Assembly: GCA_963514005.1 (NCBI GenBank) | Contig: OY740800.1 | Location: 30,256,001 to 30,320,000 of the forward strand | DNA: 64,000 nt | Origin: Raja brachyura | Taxonomy: Eukaryota | Reading direction: 5' to 3' | The notes under the pieces: model-generated | Seen by the model: the letters and a program-made list of their open reading frames with translations, nothing else | What the model was told of the DNA's origin: nothing | Databases searched by the model: none | Made by a program: the position numbers and the translations under genes | Shown here: piece by piece, positions 36,861 to 48,670 of the stretch | Numbering within the stretch: the first letter of the stretch is position 1 | Layout of the letters: the number at the start of each line of letters is the position of its first letter

Positions 36861-38792
36861 AGCAATGTTACAAAATTTTGGGATTTTAAAAATCAAGTCT
36901 GCAATTTATCCCATCAGATAAAGCATAAAAAGTTTAATTTGACACCTAATTCACTTTCATATCTTCCGTATTAAAAAAGTTATGGCCATTTTCATACTGA
37001 AATTAGCATCTTGCTCCCCATTGCCTTTCCATTGATTTAACTCAAAAGCTGTGATCTAGAACAGTCAAAAGCCCATAACTTTCTTAAAAATTAAGAGAAC
37101 TCAATGAAATTTTCAGTTATTATATTGAAGCAGTCTGAAACAAATATGAAACAATCTTACTTGGATGATCTGAAATTGAAGCATATAATTAGTTAGTTAT
37201 CTAATTGGGGAAGGCCGCTATCGGTGGCGGCATGACCAGGTGCTCAAGGTGGTTGCTGAGAGCATAGCCATTGCCATCTGCAACAGCAAACACCACCATG
37301 CCCCAAAGAAATCAATCACGTTTGTCAAAGCTGGAGAGAAGCCCCGACCACAACCAAAAACAAGGACGGGCCTCCTCTACACAGCCACTGACTGGCAGCT
37401 GCACGTCGATCTGGGCAAACAGCTGAAATTTCCACAGCACATCACAGCAACATCACTCCGGCCAGACATGATCATCACCTCCGAAGTGACAATACAGCTG
37501 ATCATTCTGGAACTGACAGTGCCCTGGGAAGAGCGTATTGAAGAGGCTAATGAGAGGAAGCGCGCAAAGTACCAGGAACTGGTGGAGATGTGCCAGGACA
37601 GAGCTGGAAGACATACTATGAGCCGATAGAGGTGGCCTGTAGAGGCTTTGCAGGACGCTCACTCTGCAAAGTCCTCAACCAGTTGGGCTTTACGGGGCTG
37701 GCAAAGAAGAGGGCCATTTCATCCGCAAGTGAAGCCGCAGAGAAAGCCACTAGGTGGCTTTGGATTAAGAGGGCTGATCTGTGGGCGGTTGCTGCTGGGA
37801 CACAAGTCGGGCCCTGATCAACCCCAGCTGGCTCGCCTGGGCGAGGGCGTCGGATGTTGTGAGACCCGAAAAACCCGATGACCCCAGGTCACATCACTGA
37901 GGATGTGTCCCAGCGCATCTAGAAGATGTATCTTTCACACCATTGACTGAACTCAAAAGCTGTGATCTAGAACAGTCAAAAGCCCATATCTTTCTTGAAA
38001 AATTAAGAGAACTCAATGAAATTTTCAGTTATTATAGATTGAAGCAGTCTGGAACAAATATGAAACAATCTTACTTGGATGATCTGAAATTAAAGCATAT
38101 AATTAGTAAGTTATCTAATTGTAGCTATTTACAAAATTCAATTACTAGATCTAAACATCTATCCATTTCTTAAGAAAATATAAACTTTTAAAAATTGCCT
38201 AAGTGTCCAAATAACATTCACACAATAACCCACAATATAACATGATTTTTATATCTCATTTTCATGAATTTGTAGGCCAAATGGAAGGAATTTAGTGTTT
38301 AATGCCTGTAAATTAACGGCCATTTAAATTTACTAGCGAGTGGGTTTTAGTGGAATGCGGTGGATTGGAACGTTGTGGTTTGCGGGGAAGTCGGTATGAA
38401 AAATACAGCCGGCTCATACATTTTATTTGTCCCCTTTTCGCAACATGAAAATGTGATTAAAGCCTTCCTAAAAACCAAGTTTTAATGTAAAAATAAACTG
38501 CACTTTATTTTCTCCCCTACGTTAGGTCCGTTCTGCTGTCGACGTTCAGAGCTTTAGAAGATGATTTTTAAACTACTCTAGTTAATCAATAATCTAGTGT
38601 AGTTTAAAAATACCTTCATGAATGAAATGTCGGAGCGATTTCTCTTTAGCGACAAAATCGCCCGACATGGATCGATTTGGACTGTCTAGAGAAAAACGGC
38701 ATTTTAAACCCGCCCCCCCTCTGAAAGGCGCCAAAGTCACGCACACAGAGCGGCAGAACTGCAGTGCCCCTAAAGGTAGGTATTGTAACATA
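36861..38792. mobile_element. Unclassified non-coding insertion with short terminal inverted repeats and an 8-bp TSD; hosts a HERO-like LINE
   Basis: caatgtac at 36853-36860 and 38793-38800; atgttacaa near the left end and ttgtaacat at the right end; the flanking LINE remnant rejoins across it. Confidence 0.65.
37208..37940 (+). mobile_element. HERO/NeSL-like RLE non-LTR retrotransposon, 5'-truncated 3' end
   Basis: GRYRWRHDQVL, LRPDM, LELTVPWEE...ERKRAKY, PIEVACRGF restriction-like endonuclease motifs plus 3'UTR. Confidence 0.85.
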
Positions 38793-39443
38793 CAATGTAC
38801 CAAAAGCCTTTTTCACCATGCTATCTACCTGCGACATCACTTTCAGCAAACAATGTACATGTGCTGTTGGATCTCTTTGCATTACAATATTTCCCTACCA
38901 TCTATTGTGAAGATACTGCCCAAGTTTGACTTCCCAGAATGAAATATTTCACACATCTGAATTAAATTCCATTAGCCATTGCTTGGCCCACTTGCAGGCA
39001 TCATTCCCTGAGACACACCGCTAGTTACAGGCCTCAAGTCTGAAAAAACAACCTTTCACTACCACTTTCTGCTTCCTACCATGAAGCTAATTCTGTATCC
39101 AGTGAGCTGGTTCTCCTTGGATCCAATGCGACCTAACCTTCCATAGTAGTCAAAACTCTTTAAACCAAGAGTGCACTACAGTCAAACCTGGCAATGGCCC
39201 TACTTGAAGTCAATGTGTACTCACACAAACACACACGTGTACAGAGTTTCTGGCTAGCATTGATCAGGGGTAAGAATTTCAAGCAATTATCCCCTCCTTA
39301 GTTGGAGCTGCAAAAAGTACATGTGTTGAAGGAGGAAAATCATTTGACTCAGTTCTCAGATGGAAATGAGGGCTGAGAATTAATCAGGGAGCTAACAAAA
39401 TCTCTCTAACCCAAAACATCCTCCATGTGTCAGGAAGCCTTAC

Positions 39444-39556
39444 CGGCTGCATTGTGCCTCCAGCGATGACCACTGCTCGACACTCCTTCACTACCTCAGC
39501 AAAGTGGACGGCCGGGTTAAGCAACAGGAACTTCAGGCTGCTCTGAGATACTGTAC
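39444..39556 (-). CDS. DDX11: DDX11 exon ([38 protein letters not shown]), motif III
   Basis: tctccag/gtaagg, 113 nt. Confidence 0.97.
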
Positions 39557-40708
39557 CTGGAGATCAAGTTTGAGATCAACCTCAGCTTAAAACCACACTG
39601 CATTAAATCTGTTTTGCTCAACTAAACTTATCATTTGGTTCCGTAGCACAATTCACAGCTGAGGCGGCAACTTACCTTATATTTTAGATGCTGATAGACA
39701 GAGAGCTAACATTTTAAACTTTTCTCACTGCTGAGGAGAGCCCTAAACATGGAATATTGGGAGACCAATACTTGGACAACAGAGGATGCAATTGGAAAAG
39801 ATAGTCTCAACCCAACCAAATGATTGATGATAAATGACTAGTCGAAATGTCAATGGGCTGATCAGTAAGTATGCAGACAACAAATGAGTGGAATTGCAGA
39901 CAGTGATGAAGGCCGTCAAAGGATGCAAGATACGAGTCAGTTACAGATATGGACAATGAAATGACATGGAGTTTAATGTGGGCAAGTTTGACATGTTGCA
40001 GATTGGGAGGTCAAATGTAAGGGGAAAGTATACAGGTAATGACAACATGTTTAATCCGTTGCAACAATTATTGTTATACAGAGGGATATTGGAGTACATA
40101 GTTCCCTCAAATTCACAAATTACAAAGAGATAGATTAATGAAGGTGGCATTTGGTATTCTTGCCCTCATTGGTCAACGCATTGAGTATAAGAATCAGTAG
40201 GATACATTACTTTATAAAAGTTTGCTTTAGCCACATTTGGAGTATTATGCACAATAATATTATAACCCATGAATCTGTTCCGGGGCACATGAACAGTGTG
40301 GGTTGGCCAACGGAGTCAACTGAGTGTAACGAGGACCTCAGTGTTGGGGAAGTTGGGCTGAGAGTGTGCTGATGCTGAGTTGCTATACCTGTGAGTGGAT
40401 TTGGAGATTATTTTTCAGGCAACATAGCTGGTGTCTCTCCAGTGTCTTGAGGTGCCTGCTGTAAATTGTCAAAAGCATAGATCACTTCGGATTGAGAAAC
40501 CATTAGATTGGACACAGGTTTGAGGTCTTTTCAAGCAGCTTTAGTAATACCGTTATAACCATAGAGGAATAAATGACATTAACACACAAAGGACTGTATA
40601 GAGCCTCCATAAGGAACCACAGAAAATATGAGAAAAATATTTGCATAGAAGATTGATTACACAGATAATTTAAGAACATTACGACCATGTTAAGTTGCAA
40701 TAGGAATA

Positions 40709-40960
40709 GGGTGGCACAGTAGTGCAGCTAATAGAGGTGCTGCCTCAACTCCAGCGATTTGGTGGCAATCCTGACCTGGATGCTATCTGTGTGGAGTCTG
40801 CATGTTCTTCTTGTGATTGCATAGGTTTCCTTTGGCTGCTCTGGTTTTCTTCCACATCCCAAAGATGTGTGGACTAGTAGGTTAATTGGCTGCTGTAAAT
40901 TGGCCCTTTGAGGTAGAATCTGAGGCTAGTTAATGTATATGTGGCAAGAATAGTTTACAA
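40709..40960 (+). mobile_element. Old tRNA-derived SINE (HE1/V-SINE-like)
   Basis: gggtggcacagtagtgcagc...gtgtggagtctgcatgttct, a diverged relative of the 30308 copy. Confidence 0.65.
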
Positions 40961-41303
40961 AGAAAATCAATGAGGAATTAGATTATGCTGTGAGCAGGCA
41001 TAGGTTCAATGGGCTGAAATGGTCTTTTTATGATGCAAAGAAATATGAACAAATAGAACATGATTTTAAGGAAGGTAGAAAGTAGAATGGGACGACTGGG
41101 TAAGATGAGGAGGAAGAGGATGGGTAACGCAGTAAGCCCCTGTGGGCTACAAATGGTGGTGAGGCAGTGCCAGGAGTTGAAGTGGAGCAATTTGAAAGAA
41201 ATTAACCAAATTACAAATAATTGATATCATTTAGATTTTCTTCTTACCAAATAAACTAAACTGAAAATATCTGGTTTGCCTGTACAGGTTTGTCTGTTCC
41301 TAC

Positions 41304-41438
41304 CTTGTCTCTGAATGACCACTCGCCCATCTTTGTTGACACTCGTGAGGGCAAAGATAAACCCCTCTATGTGCATCATCGGCGATGCCATCACAGGTTG
41401 TTCCTTGTCCACAGACTCTTCCTGTTCATGGAGTTTAA
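41304..41438 (-). CDS. DDX11: DDX11 exon (VKLHEQEESVDKEQPVMASPMMHIEGFIFALTSVNKDGRVVIQRQ)
   Basis: tttttcag/gtagga, 135 nt. Confidence 0.95.
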
Positions 41439-42173
41439 CTGAAAAATAAGCAAAACAAAAACAGATTATAAAATATGCAATCTAAAACTTCAGGCAGAAA
41501 ACTTCTAAAAATGTATCAAACTATAAATCGCAACACAAATCTCAATACTTATTGTTTACATAATTTTACTTTTCACCCATGTATGCTCAAATCACATATA
41601 GTATGTGATGTTTGACTGGTGGACTTATCTGTATGCTTATCTCACAGAAATTCTGAAGCAGCTTTATTAGCCTAATAGGTGTGAGATAAGGATAGAAGAG
41701 GTGCAAATTGTGAAGCCAGAGGAAGGAATATAGGTGGAAAGGAAGAAATTGATACATATTCCTCCCCCACGATCAGTCGGAAGAAGGTTCCCGACGCAAA
41801 ACATTACCCGTTCATGTTCTCAGAGGGTCAGGCAGCATCTCTGGAGAACATGGCACTACTAAAATTTGCAAAAGCATCTTTTAGTAAATTATGAATCACA
41901 AATGATATTAAATCAAATTTAATTTACAAACAAACAATTTGTTTAGTTCATGTGTCTCATGCAACATCTCAAATATCCTGCCATTTTGAATTAATTTTGT
42001 AGGTAAAGGTTCCACACGATCCTCTTGAATCTTTGCGATGATTATAAAGCTGCATGTAGAATATCCCAGGAATGAATCAGCTTCAGAACTTGAGCAAATT
42101 TACAGAACAGATCAGTTACAGATCACCAGCACAAAGAACAGTCCCCATCACAATCTCAGAGTTAGATACTAAC

Positions 42174-42303
42174 CTAGTCCACTTGCGTTGTCATTAAGAT
42201 TCTGAAGAAAATTCCCAAGAGCAGTTGTCTTGGATTCTTTCTGATTTTGTGCATTGAATGGTTTTGAGACCAAATCCTGGTACTTCTCCACAAACCCGAG
42301 CAG
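42174..42303 (-). CDS. DDX11: DDX11 exon (LLGFVEKYQDL...LGNFLQNLNDNASGL)
   Basis: tccacag/gttagt, 130 nt, phase consistent with both neighbours. Confidence 0.92.
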
Positions 42304-42699
42304 CTGTGGAATGAGGGGAGCCAGTTAAAAATCTGTGATGCAAACAATGTCACACACAATTAAATATTGCCAATTAAAAAACACTGATTTCAGAATGAAC
42401 ACCCATCATCTATCTCAGTAAAACTTTAGAGCCCGTAAATCACGGGATTAAAAAAAAAACTCACCTCTCACCTGTGTTGAATTTTAGCACATTTCCTTTG
42501 AAATGACCAAAGACTCAAGTTCTACTCAAATAAGCATGAGGTGAAACATTTCAAGAAGTCAAACAAGGGCAGGATCGTCACAGTAGGGCTCTGGAGCCCT
42601 TGTACAGCAAGAATCTAGGAGTACAACTACATAGTTTCCCAAAAGTGGTGTTAGTGGGTGGTGAAGAAAGCTATTGGTACATTGTCCTTCATCAGAAAA

Positions 42700-43255
42700 T
42701 GGAATTGAGTAAAGAAGTTGGATCATCAGTGATGCCGCATGAGTATTGTGTTCAGTTTTGGTCACCTTGTCATAGGAAAGATGTCACTAAGCAGAAAGAA
42801 TGCAGAGAAGATTTATGAGGATGTTGCTCAGGACCTCGTAAGGGAAGGTGTTGGACAGGTTAAGACTTTATTCTTCGGAGCACAGGGTACTGAGAGGCGA
42901 TCTTATAGATGGGTATAAAATTATGAGGGGGGTGAATGCAACTTTCTTTTGCCCAGGGTAGGAGAATTAAGAACCAGAGGGTATAGGTTTACCGTGAGAG
43001 GGCAATGTTTTGGGAGCCCGAGGGGCAACTTTTTCGCAGAGGGCAGTGGGTAAATAGAACAAACTGTTAGAGGAACTAGTTGAGGCAGTTACAATAACGA
43101 TATTCAAAACACATTTGGACAAGTACATTGTTAGGATAGGTTTAGGGGGTGATGGCCCAAACGTTGGTAAATGGGACTAGCTTAGATGGGGCATCATGGT
43201 TTGCATAGACTAATTGAGCAAAAGGGCCATTTTTCTTTGCTGCATGACTCCACGA
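42700..43255 (+). mobile_element. Old CR1 LINE 3' fragment
   Basis: EYCVQFWSP motif and 3' tail tgctgcatgactcc. Confidence 0.7.
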
Positions 43256-43714
43256 CTGAATGCAGGCAAGGGTGAGTGATTTGGTACATTTGAACAAAGG
43301 TTAGTTACAAGGCAAAATTCCCTCAATACTGCTGCATTGAGTAGTTGGACAGACAATCATATCTCTAGAATTATTAATTCCTTCACTCCTTTATTCAAAC
43401 AACTCTCCCTTATTCAAACAACTCTCCCTATTCCTAACCACAACAGTTACCCCTGCCACATCAGTACATTTGTCATATTGACAGCTCCTGTACTAAAGTG
43501 CCAAGGAGATTACTAATATTGCACGATTTAGGGAATCTTTATAGACTTGAGCTCTTGTTAATCAGAAACGGATTATCATGACTGTGCACATAGTTGACCA
43601 AGATGAGTTATCTATCCCATGTTGAAACTAAGACCTTGGGTGCAGAAAGCATAGTTCCACTTCTACCTTAGTAAGAATAGACTTCCAACTCTATTGGCAT
43701 TAACAAGCTCTCAC

Positions 43715-43753
43715 CTTTTGACTGAGCATACTCTTTGCATAGTAACGCTGTAC
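43715..43753 (-). CDS. DDX11: DDX11 exon (VQRYYAKSMLSQK)
   Basis: attacag/gtgaga, 39 nt. Confidence 0.93.
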
Positions 43754-44222
43754 CTGTAATATAAAAAAAAACAGCAAACTGAATACATCAAGAGGCATTT
43801 CATATCCATGCCAGTGGTACTGAGATTAGAGGTAGGACATGATTACTACTGGGATCCCAATTACACCCTTCAGTAGATTGTCAATCAATAAACTTTCCTT
43901 CTCTGAAGAGGCTATCAATTTACAATGACAGAATATTTAAACAAAAAGGCTATTCAAACCGTCGAACCCATAGCAACTCTGTACTGATCTTTCCTCACTT
44001 ACAATGTTATATATCAAAGCTGTAGCTTGTGTACTTCATAGATTAGCTGCCATTTCAAAAAATGCTGGATTTATAAATAGAACAATCATGCGGCCTTTGA
44101 GAATGGAGCGCTCCAGGCAATATCATCTTGTTCTAGAATAGGAGAAAAACTCAATTTACAAATGATCTAAAGGTTGGAAAATAAAACACTGACTGATACA
44201 CACCCAGTCCATGCCAAGCAGA

Positions 44223-44436
44223 TGTGTAGGAAAGGACTGCTGATGCTGGTTTAAACCAAAGGCAGACACAAAATGCTGGAGTAACTCAGTGGGACAGGCA
44301 GCATCTCTGGAGAGAAAGAATGAGTGGCGTTTTGGGTCGGGACTGAAGAAGGTCGTGACGATCCAAAAAGTCACCCATTCATTCTCTCTGGAGATGCTGC
44401 CTATCCTGCTGATGTTACTCCTGTATTTTGAGTCTA
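44223..44436. mobile_element. Penelope-derived head-to-head pLTR pair with a 14-bp TSD
   Basis: ccatgccaagcaga at 44209-44222 and 44437-44450; the two halves are inverted copies of the PLE tail. Confidence 0.8.
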
Positions 44437-44725
44437 CCATGCCAAGCAGAAGCTGAGGAATTTTATACTGCTGTCCTCTCAGGGTTTAAGATGGCACTTT
44501 AGGAGATCAAGACAAAGAGATTTACCAGCACCTTGCACTGTAATGCACAGGATACGGAAAGCCCCAAGTTCATTCACAGCAAAACTTGACCAATCTCAGC
44601 CCGGGCTAACAGTTGAAATGACAGTCTCACCATCAGAGGTAGAGGACAGTGATGGGTTGTGGAGTGGAGATGAGCTGGGGAACAGGTACTAGAAGGGCTT
44701 CTCACTGTACATCAATGCTACTTAC

Positions 44726-44793
44726 TTTGAATAAGTTGATGTTGTCAAATTGGGCACGGAAAAGGAAATCGTTGATAGATTGTAGCTCAGTGC
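44726..44793 (-). CDS. DDX11: DDX11 exon ([23 protein letters not shown])
   Basis: cttaag/gtaagt, 68 nt. Confidence 0.96.
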
Positions 44794-45356
44794 CTTAAGT
44801 AGTGAGAAAAGCAGAATGAACTTGAGGCACTTTTATTAAACAAAGATCAGAGTAACCACATAGACCGTCACATATGCAAGGGCTTAGAAATATCACTAAA
44901 GGTAAGCTGCGTGTTCTGACTATAAACTTAAACTCCACATTGATAAGAAATTGGCTAAATTCTGATGGCATATGGTCACACGCTTGACTATTTATCCATT
45001 CTTGCTCCACATTTGCTGACACCTGCGTAATAAAATTTAAGGTCTTAGATTTGAATTTCGTATTTCTCCATAACAATAGAGGAGGATATTCAATCCATCA
45101 AATCTATGACAGCTCAGACAATTCCCACACCCCCAATAATTTTCACTGTAAATTGCCATTTATATAGTGTTGGTTGTGAATTTTGCAACTTCATTTCACT
45201 CTGACAAAGTTATTTTTCTCCAAACTATTCAATTTTACCATTTGATATTCCATGCTCTGTATTCTCTCACCAGAGTAACCATTCCATCCATTCCGTGGAA
45301 TCATTTCTTCATTTTCAATATCATTAATCAACATTCTCTAGTTGATCAAAAACAAG

Positions 45357-46463
45357 GGGGTAGGGTGTTGACATGGATAGAAAATTGGTTGGCAAACTGG
45401 AAGCAAAGAGTAGGAGTGAACGGGTCCTTTTCAGAATGGCAGGCAGTGGCGAGTGAAGTGCCGCAAGGCTTGGTGTTGGGGCCGCAACTGTTTACCATAT
45501 ATATTAATGATTTGGAAGAGCGAATTAGGAGCAACACTAGCAGGTTTGCGGATGACACAAAGCTGGGTGGCAGTGCGAACTGTGAAGAGGATGTTAGGAG
45601 GTTGCAGGGGGACCTGGACAGGTTGAGCGAGTGGGCAGATGTAGTATAATATAGATAAATGTAAGGTTATCAACTTTAGCGGCAAAAACATGGGGGCAGA
45701 TTATTATCTCAATGGGGTTAGGTTAGGTAAGGGGGAGGTACAGCGAGACCTGGGTGTCCTGGTACAGCAGTCACTGAAAGTTGGCGTGCGGGTAAAGCAT
45801 GCAGTGAAGAAAGCTAATGGAATGTTGGCCTTCATAACAAGAGGATTTCAGTACAGGAGTAAAGAGGTTCTTCTGCAGTTGTATAGGGCTCTGGTGAGAC
45901 CACATCTGGAGTATTGTGTACAGTTTTGGTCTCCTAATTTGAGGAAGAACATCCTTGTGATTGAGGCAGTGCAGCGTAGGTTCACGAGATTGATCCCTGG
46001 GATGGTGGGACTGTCATATGAGGAAAGACTGAAAAGACTAGGCTTGTATTCACTGGAGTTTAGAAGGATGAGGGGGCATCTTATAGAAACATATACAATT
46101 ATAAAAGGACTGGACAAGCTAGATGCAGGAAAAATGTTTCCAATGTTGGGCGAGTCCAGAACCAGGGGCCACAGCCTTAGAATAAAGGGGAGGTAATTTA
46201 AGACTGAGGTGAGAAAAAAAAAAATGTTACCCAGAGAGTTGGGAATTTATGGAATTCCCTGCCACAGGGCAGTGGAAACCAAATCACTGGATGGATTTAA
46301 GAGACAGTTGGATAGAGCTCTAGGGGCTAGTGGAGTCAAGGAATATGGAGAGAAGGCAGGCATAGGTTATTGATAGCGGACGATCAGCCATGATCACAAT
46401 GAATGATGGCGCTGCCTGGAAGGGCCGAATGGCCTCCTCCTGCACCCATTTTCTATGTTTCTA
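45357..46463 (+). mobile_element. CR1 LINE 3' portion (RT)
   Basis: [34 protein letters not shown], tail ttttctatgtttcta. Confidence 0.9.
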
Positions 46464-46763
46464 AGCCTCGTTGTGCAATCTAACCTCCAGATTTACCCCT
46501 TTGGGCAACTGGCCAGAAAAAGTACCCAAGGACACTTACTTCACTCTGACACATGCCAGACAGAGTTTCTCACTCTCTAATGAATTACCTCGATCTTTAA
46601 CACACACTGCTTGCAGTGCAAACCAAACCATGAGAATCAAATACACAGGACAAGGTGTTAAGAAGTCCCTTGTGCCAATAGGTGGGGAGCATTTTATGAC
46701 ATTCGTTGATTGTTGAGAATGGTAGACGCTCAACATCCGGGGGGGGGGGGGGGTGGGGGTGGG

Positions 46764-48280
46764 AAATACGTATACGTACATCTTGGCCTGGGTAACCTTC
46801 AGGACAGTTGGGCACAGGACACATCATCAGTAGTGTACCCTTGCATCACTGGGTGTTTCGGCCTTTTAACACAATACACCCTCCACAAGGGCGGGCCGCT
46901 GCAGGATGATCAGCCCTCAGCACGTGTCCCGTGTCAAACTGTCCCAAAGATTCACCATGACGTACTTGGCTCAAGCAGAAAGACCCATGCTGGGCCCCAA
47001 ATCCAACGGCTGCTTCTTTCAGCCGCGTCTGAGAGTGATCTTATGGTCTTCCGCAGAGCCTGACCGTGGATTCCAAGCTCCTTCAGCAGTCTGATGGTAG
47101 ATGATGCAACAAATCCTCTGCATCCCACTTCAACTGGATAGACTTTGATGTTCCAGCCACGCTGCGTTGCCTCTGCTGCAAGCTCTGCGTAGCGCAGCTT
47201 CTTACGCTCATAGGCCTCCTCAACAGAGTTCTCCCATGGAACTGTGAGCTCTATGATGTAAGCAGTCTTCTGTGAAGGGGACCAGAACACCAAGTCTGGC
47301 CTGAGGTTGGTTAGAGCAATTTCAGGTGGAAAGATTAGTTGTCGACCGATGTCTGCCAACATCCTCCAGTCACGGGCCCTGCTTAGGTTTCCTTCTTCTG
47401 ATCTGGTGGAAGGATGTTTAGGCATTTTCTGTCCTTCTCGGACAAAGGTGGTTGCCCTTAAAGGGTGGTTGCTTGCTCTCGGAGGCAAGGAGTTGGTCGC
47501 ACACCGCCTGTTTTCAAGGGCTGTTGCCAGGCTTTTTAGTACCTGATTATGCCGCCACGTGTATCTTCCTTGCGTGAGGCTGGTCTTGCAGCCTACCATG
47601 ATGTGTTTGAGGGTCGCTGGAGTTGGGCAGAGGGCACAGGTTGGATCCTCGCCGTACCACTGATGGAGGTTCTTTGGTGATGGAAGCAAGTCATATGTCG
47701 CTCTGATGATGAAGCTGATCGTGCTTGATTCCATTTCCCATAGTTCTTTCCAGCTGATCTTCCTCCGCTCCACACCTTCCCACTGCATCCATTGCCCCTG
47801 TTTGGCAAGAGAGACCGCCTTTGCACTTCTTGCGGCCTCCTCCTGTCGCCGCACCTCCTCAACCACCAATGTCCTCCGCTCTGATGTTGTGGCCTTTTGC
47901 CAAGTTGGTTTACTTGTCGTAAGGCCAAAGCCTCCTCTTCCCTGCTGCACTTGCCCCACGACATCTTTGTGCCTCAGGGCTGATGAAGCTTGCTGTACGA
48001 CATCAGATGGTGTCCACTTCCGGCCAGTTACTAGGGGCAGCGCAAGAGCACTGATGGTCCTGTCTCTAGAGTCCCTCAGTGTCATCTGGAGTCTTACTTT
48101 AGAACACTTGTATTCCTCTGTTAGACTAGTTAGTGGTAGTTCCAGGACTCCTTTGCCATAGAGGCCGATGTTAGTTAGACATCGTGGGACACCGAGCCAT
48201 TTCTTCGCGTATGAAGTTATGGTTCGCTCCATCTTCTCCACAGTTGTTATTGGGGCTTCATAAACAGTCAGTGGCCAGTG
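46764..48280 (-). mobile_element. HERO/NeSL-like RLE non-LTR retrotransposon, 5'-truncated, ORF uninterrupted for more than 429 codons
   Basis: CALC...HIMVGC...RYTWRHNQVL zinc knuckle, LRPDL, IELTVPWE, ERKKLRY, PVEVGCRGF. Confidence 0.9.
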
Positions 48281-48625
48281 GTTAGTGTTGTCACGTCGTG
48301 CATGTATGCCCTGATGGGTGGCAGACGGAGCCCAACACTGGTTCGTTCACCGCCCACCACCCATTTTCCAGGTGTTCCTCCAATTAAACTCATGGCAGAG
48401 CATTCTTCATTTACAAGTGCACCAAACAGTAAAACATATATATATTGGTGGGTACGTGTGAAAATCTACCGAGGAGTTATTTTAATCACGTTTCAATAGG
48501 TTCCATATCTAACAGAATATATACAACATTCAAATCACTGGATTACTGAATGGAAAATAGTTTTATTATGCTTAAACTAAACTGCACAGAATATTACAAA
48601 AAATCTGACATCATCAGCCACTTAC

Positions 48626-48670
48626 CTCCCTGAAAAATCTTCTGCATGTTGGGATTTTGTCCAACCTTTC
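48626..48670 (-). CDS. DDX11: DDX11 exon (GKVGQNPNMQKIFQG)
   Basis: taaccag/gtaagt, 45 nt; corresponds to human GNIKQNPNTQSLSQT. Confidence 0.9.

Noticed and set aside
43390-43432. Short tandem duplication (ttattcaaacaactctccc x2) and poly-G runs at ~22435, ~23905, ~46739
   Set aside because: Ordinary slippage products with no further structure
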